A DNA stretch of 64,000 nucleotides from Octopus bimaculoides (GCF_001194135.2 NC_069001.1:22974107-23038106), one strand, 5' to 3'. Numbered from the stretch's first letter, positions 51,596 to 63,517 are shown. Translations and numbers: made by a program. The notes: generated by a model not told the origin, from the letters alone.

Positions 51596-52649
51596 CCTAT
51601 TTATTTACACACACATACAAGTAAGCACATAAATGCAAAACAAAGTTGTAAAAAAGAGTACTTCAATACCTAAGGTAGAGTAATATGCTTTCATCAAAGC
51701 TGCAAAATCTTCGCAAAATCTTCACAGATGTGAAACTCAAATTCACATTCCTGTTTGCAGGACAGTTGTGATGAATACAAAATTAAAATCGTGATATATG
51801 CATGTGTGTGTGTGCGTGTGTGTGTGTGCAAATATGTGTATGTATATATGTGTGTGTGTATACACATACAAGGTTGGCTACATGCCATGCACAAAATAAG
51901 TTCAGTACATTCTGGAATTGACAAACAGACGCTTTAATTTTTCTAAAACTGAATAAATAAATAAAATAATGATGAATACAAATATGCTTGTACATGATGA
52001 ACAACAAAATGAATAAATAATGAGGATAACAACGTAATTTAAATAAAATGTCAAATGTTTTGATGCATGATATTCGACCCACCACACATACATATATATG
52101 ATGGATAGAGACAGAGAGAGAGAGTATTTTAAGAAGGACACTTGATGCTTTTCTTAATGATCTGCTCATAATAAACTGTATGGATGCCAAAGGGAGGAGA
52201 GACAGACGAGGTTGGGGTTGTGTAAAGTGGACAGACAAAGCGAAAATGCAAATTTGTAAAGTGCAAGTGTGTCATTGAATGACTTTTCTTCTTTCCAATT
52301 ATCTTTTGGATGTTTGCTTGTATACCAGTAATTCTATTCCTAGTGTAGGAGCGGTTGTGGTATAATAATTCTTGCTTGAACAATGGAGAGAATCAGTATC
52401 TGATCAGGAGGGAAGCATTTTGGATCTTAAAGAGGATGGCTAGCATTTGGGATAAGGTTTTTGCTCTGTTATGAATGAATGGTTTAACTGTAAGTTTTCC
52501 AAGATAAGAGGGTGGTATTGCTTTATTTTTTTCCATGTTTCTGCCATTGGACTGCAGCTATGTTGGGACACCACCTGAAGGATTTAGTCAAACATATCAC
52601 TGCCAATGCTTAATTCTTTTTTTTAAATGTCTTATATTTCAACAACAAC

Positions 52650-52935
52650 AGCATTTAATGTTTGTTTTCCCTCTTGGCATTGGTTGGATGACTTGGCAGC
52701 TGCTGTGAAGGCTAGGAGTTGCACCAGGTCCCATCGTCTGTTTTGGTTTGGTTTCCACAGCTGGATGCCCTTCCTAATGCCAACCACTTTACAAAGTGTA
52801 CTGAGTGCGTTTTACAAAACACCATCATCAGTGCTCTTTACGTGGCACCTTAGTTTTAGAACCTTAATTCTGTTGTGATGTATGGGTCTTCTTGAGTACA
52901 GCAATGTGCCACATATCTCAGCCTTCTGCCATCTC
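52650..52935 (-). mobile_element. SINE family B
   Basis: gctggatgcccttcctaatgccaaccactttac core. Confidence 0.72.
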
Positions 52936-53111
52936 CTTCATAAGACTTGTGTTCATCTATTGATCTCTTTTGCCAAACTGCTAAGTGAAGGAAGCATAAA
53001 CAAGCCTACACCTGTTGTCAAGTGACAAGGGAATAAACACAGCAAGCTCAGACAAATACATACACACACACACACACACACACATGATAAGTTTCCATAC
53101 AGTTTCTTATT

Positions 53112-53362
53112 TCTTTATTGCCCACAAGGGGCTAAACATAGAGGGGACAAACAAGGACGGACAAAGGGATTAAGTCGATTACATCGACCCCAGTGCGTAA
53201 CTGGTACTTAATTTATCGACCCCAGTGCGTAACTGGTACTTAATTTATCGACCCCGAAAGGATGAAAGGCAAAGTCAACCTTGGCGGAATTTGAACTCAG
53301 AACGTAACGGCAGACGAAATACCGCTAAGCATCTCGCCTGGCATGCTAATGTTTCTGCCAGC
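53112..53362 (-). mobile_element. SINE family C, low-divergence, with ~36-bp internal tandem duplication
   Basis: (atcgaccccagtgcgtaactggtacttaattt) twice; CpGs retained. Confidence 0.88.
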
Positions 53363-54716
53363 TATTTGAAACTGTTTCCATACAGTTTCTGTTCCATACA
53401 AGTTTCCATACAGTTTCTGTTAACCAAATTCATTTGCAAGGCATTGGATCAGCTGAAGGCTATTCAGTGAGACTGAATCCCAAAATGACATTGTTGCAAG
53501 GCAAACTTCTTAACCTTAGTAATACTTCCACTTATATGAGTAATGATTGTGAAATTCTGCTGTTAAAATGAACAAAATTTGCCATGTTCCCATTGGAGAT
53601 GGATATAGGGCAGATTTTGTATGTGTTTGAGTAAATAGGAAAGCAAAATGGTGTTTTCCGCATAGCAGTACACATTGTTAATTGCCAATACAGACTATCA
53701 TCCATCATGTTACATACATACATACGTATATATATAGAAGATGGATTAAAACAATTGTAGTGATTAATACATATCTTCCGTCTTTCATCTCTCTCATTAA
53801 TCAAATATAAATATATATATATATATTGTTCAAATCTCATCAATAAACTTGTTACTTTTCTCTTATCTCAGATGAGTGTTTGTCATGTTTGCAGTAATTT
53901 ATATAAATTGTTTTAATAGACAATTCATAATGAGAAATTAAAAGTGGTGATTAAGGATTAGACAGGTTTGTGTCCATAACTTTATTTGATTCAATCTTAT
54001 GGCATAGGAGACAATATATATTCCATCCTTTCTTTATAACTCAATGTCTGCAAATTAGAGAGAAGTACAACATATTGTTTCACAATGTGCTAACAGTTAA
54101 ACTTATAAAAAGAAGGTAAGGTAAATCTTGCTCACACAAGGAACAAATAAAATTGGAAAGGTTTAAAGACAAAATTCACAAATATGTTCTTGTGTGTGTG
54201 TGTTTATGTGTGTGTACCCTTGTGTGATTTTACATATGTGAATGTATTCCATCCAGTGAGAGATAAATATCAATTTAAATACTCAACCCAAAGAGCTACC
54301 AATAGTTTCATGCTTTTATGCTACTTGAAAAGACTTTGACATATTTTCTGTTATTTTGTTCAAAACCAGTTGTATTTAATGAGCTTTCTGCAATCAGGGA
54401 GGATGAGGATCTTAGCTTTCTTCACTTCATTGCTTTTTTCTTGTTCCATTTTTTACACAAAGCTTCTTTTTCTTATTTTCTTACTGATATCCACAGATAT
54501 GCTGTCTCACTGATAATGCTTTCTTGTATGTATTCTTAAATGTATTTTTCCCAAATAGATTGCACTTCATATTAGAAGCTCTGAGGAAACTGTAAGGTGT
54601 TCTTCAGGCACCCACCTCTGAGTCCACCACATCTTATAATAAAAATAACTGTAAGCTAATGAAGTACGTTAAATAATTGTTTGCAGGTGTGTCTGTGTGG
54701 TAAGAAGCTTGCTTCC

Positions 54717-56158
54717 GCGCATGCGTCGGGTTATTTACTGTCTGGATTTTGTTAGAGTTGGACGTAGATTTTTGTGTTGCTTAGAAGATGTATTCAGACC
54801 TTGATGGGTCTGAGTTGTCGTCGGAGGAGGAGGAGCTGGTAAGGGCGGTTATAAAGATGGACGGAGTGTTGAAGACAAGGAGTTTTGCTAAAGCCACAGA
54901 GATGAAGCGAAGGAAGCTGGACTTGGCTGGTCTGAAGGAGTATGAGAATATAGCTCAGAAGGTGGGCGACAACATGAAGTTGTCACTCCCCAAAGGAATT
55001 ATGGAGAGGATGGAGAAGAAAACGATCACCTGTAAGGTGTACTCGTTGAAAGGAAAAAAGGCAGAACAGGTGGAGACAGAAGTGGAAAAGGAGCTGAGGG
55101 AATGAACAAAGGAGATAACGTACATAACCAAAGAAAGAAGATATTTAATTTAGGACAGTAGAGGAGGCAAGGAGGCTGGTGAGTGTCGGGGTGAAAACGA
55201 GGAAGTAGTGCTTCTGCCCACATACCTTGGAAGAAAGACTTCCAAGGTGAGGGTAGTAGCAATTCCACCAGATATAGAAGTGGCTTGGGTAGCAGCAGCT
55301 GTCCTTGTTGGAAGCGAGAAGGTGGGTGTCCTCCAAACCACAGAAACGGAAGAAGGAGGGTGGAAAGGAAAGACATTTGAACCCATTATTCAGACGGAGG
55401 AGGGTCAACTGGAGAACTTGGCAGAGACGGTGACATTGGGGGAAATTGTGCTGAGGATGTGGGTAGAGGGCAGAGTACCAAGTTGTTTTAAATGTGGCCA
55501 AAAGGGCCACATTAGAGCTTACTACCCTCTACAGATGACAATGGTTGAGAAAACAGTTGTGGAAATGGAAGAGAAAAGAGAAGAAGAAAAGACAGACGGA
55601 GGAAAGGAGAAAAAGGAGGAAGAATGGAAAGTTACAGAGAGCAGAACGAGAAAGAAGAAAGAAAAAACACTGAGTATGATGTGGTACCCCAGTCCAACTT
55701 CATTCCACCCTAGACCACTCAGACCCACCCTCCCCATACAGACACCAAACCCACCCACTCCATTTCCCCACAAGAAAAAACAAAAGAAAAAGAAAGAACA
55801 GACACCGCAAAATTTAGAAGCCCCCCCCCTCCTGGTGAAAAGGTTATGAATGCATGGAGGAGAGAATGATGTCACTAAGTGATGGAGAAAGGGGAAAAAG
55901 GATTGGATTGAAGGAGAAAAAGGACTTAGGACCCAGAGGTGGTGAGTGATGTAACTCAGTGTGGGATGAGTAGAACACTCTTCATAATATCATTTTCAGA
56001 TATCATTCATGTTATATTTTAATTTGATTTTGATGTTCATTTTCATGTGTCATTGATTATATTATATTTCATTTTTATATTTTTAATTGTTATATGTCCC
56101 CACATGTGTTGTAGTGTCCCCCTCTATGTAATGGTTTTATGGCAATTTAAAAGAAATA
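54717..56158 (+). mobile_element. ORF1-only non-LTR retroelement (HAL1-like / Tx1-L1-derived), 1442 bp, 15-bp TSD
   Basis: TSD aagaagcttgcttcc at 54702-54716 and 56159-56173; 71-bp 5' UTR; ~350-codon ORF1-like region; A-rich 3' end with aataaa; no EN/RT motifs. Confidence 0.8.
54788..55849 (+). pseudogene. Disrupted ORF1/Gag-like nucleic-acid-binding protein (RRM-like region, CCHC knuckle, basic/Pro-rich tail)
   Basis: ORFs 54788-55105 and 55208-55849 share a frame; TGA at 55103 and a short frameshifted segment (FRTVEEARRLVSVGVK) between them; KVRVVAIPPDI and VEGRVPSCFKCGQKGHIRAYYP (last Cys replaced by Tyr). Confidence 0.72.
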
Positions 56159-56516
56159 AAGAAGCTTGCTTCCCAACCACATGGTTCCAGGTACAGTCTC
56201 ACTGCATGGAATCATGGGAAAGTGTCTTCTACTATTGTCTCTGGCCAACCAAAGCCTTGTGAGTGGAAACTGAAAGAGCCCACCGTATATGTGTGTGTGT
56301 GCACGCATGTGTGTGTGTATACCCTTTCCATCACTTGTCAACCGATTTTAGTGTGTTTATGTTCCAATAATTTAGCAGTTCAGCAAAAACGACTGACAGA
56401 ATAAGTACTAGGCTTATAAAGAATAAGTTCTGGGGTCGATTTGTTCAACTAAAGGCTGTGCTCCAGCATGGCCACAATCAAATGACTGAAACAAGTAAAA
56501 GACTCCTTTCTCCTCA

Positions 56517-57150
56517 TTATCATCATCATCATTTAATGTCCTTTGTTCATGCTGGCATGGGTTGGATGGTTTGACTGGACTGGCATGCTGGAAGGCTGCA
56601 CCAGGATTCAGTCTGATTTGGCATGGTTTTCTATGATTGGATGTCCTTCCTAACACCAACCACTCTGAGAGTTAATGGGTGCGTTTACGTGCCACTAGCA
56701 CGAGCGCCATTTGTGTGATACAGGTATCTGCCACAGCTGCGATTTTGCTTGGCTTGATTGGTCGTCTTCTCAAGCACCAGCATAATGCCAAAAGTCTTGG
56801 CCATTGCCTCCATGAGGCCCAATGCTCAATAGGAACTCATCCACCTCACCTTCATGAGGCCCATTGAAAAGGAACTCAGTCACCTTACCTCCATGAGGCC
56901 CATCACTCGAAAGGAGCTCAGCCACTTGCCTCATTGAGGCCCAATGCTTGAAAGGAACTCAGTTACTTTGCCTCTATCAGGAGGACTTGAAAGGTACTCA
57001 GCCACCTTACCTCCATGAGGCCCATCACTCGAGAGGAACTCAGCCACTTGCCTCATTGAGGCCCAATGCTTGAAAGGAACTCAGTTACTTTGCCTCTATC
57101 AGGAGGACTTGAAAGGAACTCAGTTACTTTACCTCCATGAGTCCAAACGT
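56517..57150 (-). mobile_element. SINE family B with expanded internal minisatellite
   Basis: Tail catcatttaatgtcc...catgctggcatgggttgg; array at 56804-57145. Confidence 0.78.
56804..57145. repeat. ~40-bp minisatellite with 122-bp higher-order (trimer) repeat
   Basis: Units begin aaggaactcag; caccttacctccatgaggcccatcactcga at 56881 and 57003. Confidence 0.88.
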
Positions 57151-57789
57151 TCAGAGGTAGATTTTTTTATTTACATGCAGCCAGCACAGGTGCATGTGGC
57201 TTGATGGGTTCCCTTCTCTAATTACTGCTCTGTACTCTACTAATGCTTCTTTCATAAGTATATGTATATTGAATTCTACATCACAATGCCTAAGTGAAAT
57301 CTATATTTTTAGATCTAAGAACTCTAACACACTACTGAATTCCAGATCTCAAATTTTCAGCAGATGAAAACATGGATAAATTCCTGTTGGCAAATTGGAA
57401 AATACCACCCTCGCCAGATTGAGCAGCTGTACCACAGATCTAGGCTCTTATCCATTCAGTTTTATTATGGGACATAACTCTAATTTTTTCCCTTTTCTCT
57501 TTTTCTTTTCCCTTTTGTTTTCCAGTATTTTCACCCTTCCATCTTTTACACGTATTTTCTTTTTTTTTCTCATATTTTCTTTTATTCTATTCCCCTGGTT
57601 TAGTTTGCATATGCCATATGAGCACAGCACCAAGAATGCACAAAGGCACCAGACATGTTATAAAATGCTGTCTGCGTCATTTTCATGGCATGAAACTGTA
57701 GTAATATATTTTGAAGAATATATTACTACAGTTATTATCCTTCAAAATATAAGGATAATAACCGTAGTAATAATAACATAAATACTACT

Positions 57790-58086
57790 TACATTGGATC
57801 GACTTCCAATAAACCTGGGATGAATTCTTTTAAGAACAGAAATTTAATGAACACTATGGGCCTTAGTAAATACATTTGGGAACTTAAATAAAAAAGAATA
57901 GAATACGAGTTAAAATGGGAAATAGTTTGCAAGGCTAAATCATATAGGATAGGGAATAAATTCTGCTTATTATGTACTAACGAATTTAAAGAGATATTAA
58001 CTAATAAAAAATTGTTTAACTCCCACGAGGAACGTAATATTAAATGCAGACATAAATTAAATTACTTATATAATAAATTTAGATAA
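57790..58086 (+). mobile_element. Second Naiad-type PLE: C-terminal GIY-YIG fragment
   Basis: One frame: YIGSTSNKPGMNSFKNRNLMNTMGLSKYIWELK*KRIEYELKWEIVCKAKSYRIGNKFCLLCTNEFKEILTNKKLFNSHEERNIKCRHKLNYLYNKFR*. Confidence 0.82.
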
Positions 58087-58277
58087 CTAATTTATTTATT
58101 TAAACCTAGTATTAGGTACCAACTTATAGTTATGATCAGTATCGTAAAATGCATCAAATTAGCTTTGGAATACACTTTAATCATCACAATATTATACAAA
58201 ATTGGAACATATAACTGCCTTTTCTTTAAGTATTCAACGATAATATGAGCAGTCTTTTACAATGTTTCATAACATTA

Positions 58278-58725
58278 TTTAAGTAATATATAACTTTCGT
58301 ATTTGGTATAGTTTTATTCTGCGTACATCTGAGAGTTTTAAGTATTTTAGTATTATTAATCTTCATTAAACTTTTTATTCTATGTAGATTTTCTTTTTCG
58401 ATATTTTCGTTATTATTTTAGCAATTATAATACGTATTTACCTCTAGTAATGGACGCCATGTTTATCACGTGACTTTTCAGTATTAATTTTCATAGCATT
58501 ATTTACGTAATATAACATTTTCGTATGTGTATAGTTATTCCTCTGCGTTAATTTGCAAGTTTAAGTATTTTAGTATTTTTAATCCTCAAGAAACTTTTTA
58601 TTTTAGGTAGATTTTCTTTTTCGATATTTTCGTTATTATTATTTTACTAATTGTAATACGCATGTACTTCTGGGTAATAGACGCCATATCTATCACGTGA
58701 CCTTTTAGTATAAATTCTATAGCAC
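58278..58725. repeat. ~225-bp tandem duplication in the PLE 3' region
   Basis: tagattttctttttcgatattttcgttattatt and gacgccat...atcacgtgac occur in both units. Confidence 0.85.
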
Positions 58726-59054
58726 AGCCATTTTTTGGTTTAATGTACAGTTACCCGCCGGCAGATAAGTCATGTTTTCTAATTTTAATTTTATAAACAA
58801 TATTGACATCCGTCTTTTAGTAACCTTGTACAATAACACATTTTTTTTACTATTATCTACTTATTCCATAAAGTTTTAACCTTGTTTACTATAATACACT
58901 TTTTCAATATTTTTAGATTGTAACTCTTAATAATTATATTAATACCGTTAATGTAGGGATTAGTTTACAGATTTTGTCGCTTTATATATATTTTTATTTC
59001 TCATGTTTATGTTTATTCCTTGAATGATTTTAGGTATTTTCTTAGGAATTTGAC

Positions 59055-59161
59055 CTGACGAGTGACTGATTTGGGGAGTAAAATCATTTCCCCGTTCTAA
59101 TGAACTCGGATACTATTTGTTTATGATTTTATATAGTCCTACTTCAGCCATGAAACGCGCA
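59055..59161 (+). ncRNA. Possible degenerate hammerhead with long branched stem II
   Basis: CUGACGA-gugacuga...ucagccau-GAAAC-GC-GC-A (7/8 pairs at the base of stem II; GU of the cleavage site is GC; stem I poor). Confidence 0.3.
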
Positions 59162-60544
59162 TAGTCTATGTACTAGCACTAACATCTATACATTTATACT
59201 TCCATACTTTTATTATCGTATTAATTTTTACTGTCAATTTATAAATTTGACTTCTAAATTTTTTTTAAAGTAACATTTCTATGATGAATGTTTCTTTATA
59301 TGACTTTTTTTAATGTAATATATTATTTAATTTAAATCTTAGATTAAAATCTTAGATATATTAAGATGGTATATGCCTCACAGCATGGATTTGGACGGGT
59401 TCTGAGTTGTAGAGTGGCGGTTCGTCTCTAAATTAGTTACATACATATATATTATATATTACGAAACCCAGTGTAATATTATACTGATTTTTGCCTCTAA
59501 AGTTGGAATAAATTCTTAATCCCTAATATTATTACTATATATATNNNNNNNNNNNNNNNNNNNNNNNNNNNNNNNNNNNNNNNNNNNNNNNNNNNNNNNN
59601 NNNNNNNNNNNNNNNNNNNNNNNNNNNNNNNNNNNNNNNNNNNNNNNNNNNNNNNTATATATATATATATCAAAAACAGTATCAAAGGTCCTGCCAAGAT
59701 GTTTGCTCCTAAGGCTGGTTTCCTGGACTCTGTGGCCTCACTGGATGGGATGCCAGTTCACAGGGCTACTCATTTTTGCCAGATGAATGGACTGGAATAA
59801 ATGGGAAATGATGTGTTCTGTTCAAGATCCAGAAACTTATACCACAACATTATGATCATGTGTGCAACACCAGCTTCACTGCTAATCTTGCACCTATGCA
59901 CACACACGCACACACATACACACACACGTGAATGTATTTTTTCATGTTTTTACATTTGTTTTTTTCCTATTTGGACATCTGCTAAATGAATACATTATCA
60001 CCTTACTATGAAAAGCTTTTCGACCAAATGGCCTTCCTGCTACTAAGCCTTAAATGTTTTTCAAACAAAAGGTCTTTTAACCATATTTCCACATCTCTTC
60101 TGAAGTTCAGAGCCAGTAGATTACCTTTTGACTGGTAAAATGACAACACCACCATGATTTATAGCTTAACAATTTTCTGAGAAGTGCAAATAGAAACACA
60201 CATATATAATGTATGATGGTGATGGTGGTGTGTTCGTGTGTGCGTGTTGTACATGTATGCTTGGACACATATATGAGTATGTATGTAAATATGTATGTAT
60301 TACTAGTCAAGGAGTCATGAAGTGATACAAACTGATGACTTTTGAAATGTTTTGAAAGTGTAATTTGTATATATTCACCCGATCAATAGGTTTCTTTTGC
60401 ACATGATGTAATATCTCTGTTGATTAGTTCGAAACAGCTGTAGTGAATGTACTGTTATTCATCTGTTGTTATTTCGATATATATATATATAAAATATAAA
60501 AGTTTCTTCTGAGCCATTGACCAATAAGCTTGATTTCCTATATT

Positions 60545-60735
60545 CTGTTGCATAAACATCCATCCACCCCTCCTGTTGGATGGGATGCCAGTCTGTCGCA
60601 GGATTATTCATTTTTGTCAGCTGAGTGAACTGGAACAACACAAAATGAAGTGTTTTTCTCAAGATCACAAAACACCACCAAGTTCAGGAATTGAAATCAC
60701 AATCTTGCAATCATGAGTGCAACACCTTAACTACT
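60545..60735 (-). mobile_element. SINE family D
   Basis: cagctgagtgaactggaac...ttgaaatcacaatcttgcaatcatgagtgcaacaccttaactact; similar remnant at 59715-59860. Confidence 0.72.
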
Positions 60736-60775
60736 GTCACATGCCTTCCCCACCACATATATGTATGCATATACA

Positions 60776-60838
<63 letters not shown>

Positions 60839-61984
60839 GTGCATAGATATATGCATGTTTGTGTGTGTGTGTCTGAGTGTGTGTGTATATGTGTGTGTGC
60901 ATGCATGTGTGTATATATACACATATATGTATGTATACATGTGTGTGTGTTTGTACATACACTCAAAAATAACAACAATATGAAAAACATGTCTGCTTAA
61001 AGATGATAAAATATTAAAAAGTACCGAAAATTATAAGATAAAAAAAGAAAAAGAATGGAAATCCAAAAGTATCTTTAAAGGTCAACTTAAAACAATGTTT
61101 AGTCTTTCAAAAAAGAATTGAACAAATATCTTTGAAAAATTGTTGAGGATAAGAATGGGAAATAAGTTTATATATTCACCATTAATCCTATTTGTTGGTC
61201 ACATTTTCTATTTCAATGATTTCTCAATGATTTTGTATTCAAGAAGCAACAATCTGTTATTCTTTTCTGGCACTTTTTCCAAAAACAGGAAAGAAAAGTC
61301 ATTTGTTACCCAAGAACAAAATGAAAAAGGAATATACAAAAAATATACAAGAATATATAAAAACGTTTTTAAAGACGAAAATCGTTTTTGTGCCATTTTG
61401 TATCCTACATTAGACTTTTGGACAATTACTTCCCTTGTCTACTTCACTTCTGCTTGTTTTACAGTCTCACATGGCCACACATATACATACATAGACATAT
61501 GAACATAGATACACTCCATCATTCATACTTATTTTTATAATCCTTTGTCACTTTTCTCTCATCTTCTTTTCTCATATTCTTTTTCTGTCCACTTTCTTCT
61601 GATTTGCTCTCTCTCTCATTCTGTCCCTTTATCTTTCTATACATGATATTGTCATTGTCATTTTTTTCTTACTCCTCTCCGCTCTCTTCCTGACTCTCTT
61701 TGCATTTTCTCCCTCTGTCTCTCTCTCTCTTCCCCCTTAGTTTTTACTATGTCTCTCCATCTATCTGTTATTCATATTTCTTCCTCCTCTTCCTGCTACT
61801 GCTACTTTTTCTGCCTTCTCTATAAATGACTCTGGAATGATCACAAAGATTACAAATATTAATCAATTTGTGTTTGTAGTTTACATAACACACACACAAG
61901 CACACGTACATGCTAGCATGCACACACATACACACACACATATTTACATACATGTATATATATACATATATATATTATATATAT

Positions 61985-62040
<56 letters not shown>

Positions 62041-62145
62041 CTGCATTTATATATATAAACAAGCATCTATACATATATATGTGTGCGTATATATATATAT
62101 ATATACATACATATATATATGCATATATATATATGTGTGTGTGTA

Positions 62146-62947
62146 NNNNNNNNNNNNNNNNNNNNNNNNNNNNNNNNNNNNNNNNNNNNNNNNNNNNNNN
62201 NNNNNNNNNNNNNNNNNNNNNNNNNNNNNNNNNNNNNNNNNNNNNNNNNNNNNNNNNNNNNNNNNNNNNNNNNNNNNNNNNNNNNNNNNNNNNNNNNNNN
62301 NNNNNNNNNNNNNNNNNNNNNNNNNNNNNNNNNNNNNNNNNNNNNNNNNNNNNNNNNNNNNNNNNNNNNNNNNNNNNNNNNNNNNNNNNNNNNNNNNNNN
62401 NNNNNNNNNNNNNNNNNNNNNNNNNNNNNNNNNNNNNNNNNNNNNNNNNNNNNNNNNNNNNNNNNNNNNNNNNNNNNNNNNNNNNNNNNNNNNNNNNNNN
62501 NNNNNNNNNNNNNNNNNNNNNNNNNNNNNNNNNNNNNNNNNNNNNNNNNNNNNNNNNNNNNNNNNNNNNNNNNNNNNNNNNNNNNNNNNNNNNNNNNNNN
62601 NNNNNNNNNNNNNNNNNNNNNNNNNNNNNNNNNNNNNNNNNNNNNNNNNNNNNNNNNNNNNNNNNNNNNNNNNNNNNNNNNNNNNNNNNNNNNNNNNNNN
62701 NNNNNNNNNNNNNNNNNNNNNNNNNNNNNNNNNNNNNNNNNNNNNNNNNNNNNNNNNNNNNNNNNNNNNNNNNNNNNNNNNNNNNNNNNNNNNNNNNNNN
62801 NNNNNNNNNNNNNNNNNNNNNNNNNNNNNNNNNNNNNNNNNNNNNNNNNNNNNNNNNNNNNNNNNNNNNNNNNNNNNNNNNNNNNNNNNNNNNNNNNNNN
62901 NNNNNNNNNNNNNNNNNNNNNNNNNNNNNNNNNNNNNNNNNNNNNNN
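62146..62947. other. Assembly gap (largest); other gaps at 5514-5717, ~15600, ~40460-40489, 51122-51548, 59545-59655
   Basis: N runs, mostly flanked by (TA)n. Confidence 0.99.
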
Positions 62948-63351
62948 ATATATATGTATGTATATATATCTGTATAGGCATATATATGTATGCACCACAC
63001 AGATGCATACACAAACCACATATGCATATGTATCAGTCAACTAATTTTGACAGAGATAAAGTACAAAAGCAGTGCATAACATTGTTGTTTGGTAAAAGAT
63101 TAATTTGAAAGGAAAATGATTGGGAACAAACAAGCAAACAAACCAACAAAGTCAGAAACAAAAGACTGTCAAACGTGGTGTTGCAAAGGAAATAAAAAGA
63201 ATGATAAGTTGTTACTCTGACAGACTAGATACAGATAAAAGGAACTGAGAACAAAATGACTGTATATTCTTAGAACAGTTTCCAACAAATGCCATGTCAT
63301 GGCAATTAACCCTTATAATGGTTCAATCAAATTGAATACTAATTAGTACAT

Positions 63352-63516
63352 AGATGCAGGTGTGGTTGTTTATGAGAAGTTTTCTTTCCAACCACATGGT
63401 TCTGGGTCCAGTCCCACTGCATGGCACCTTGGGCAAGTGTCCTCTTCTATAGCCTCAGGCCAACCAAACCTCGTGAGTGGATTTAGTAGGCGGAAACTGA
63501 GAGATGCCCGTCATAT
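63352..63516 (+). mobile_element. SINE family A, 5' half, interrupted at its (TA)n by a DNA transposon
   Basis: Head to gaaactgagagatgcccgtcatata, then new sequence. Confidence 0.82.
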
Positions 63517-63517
63517 A

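Larger units (their letters stand above)
54684..56505 (+). mobile_element. SINE family A split by the 54717-56158 insertion (pieces 54684-54716 and 56159-56505)
   Basis: Removing the insert restores gtgtggtaagaagcttgcttcccaaccacatggttcc. Confidence 0.9.

Noticed and set aside
52129-52450. Non-repetitive-looking ORF (84 aa, minus strand)
   Set aside because: No recognisable motif; length within chance expectation, possibly an old LINE remnant
54559-54591. Possible 33-nt exon (cccaaatag|...gaaact|gtaagg)
   Set aside because: Too short to evaluate without transcript data
56804-57145. CRISPR-like repeat/spacer appearance
   Set aside because: Eukaryotic context, 'spacers' are themselves repeated, no cas genes; it is a minisatellite in a SINE
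61910-63108. Long ORFs of 315-375 aa (also 51042-51624, 5486-5756)
   Set aside because: They run through N gaps
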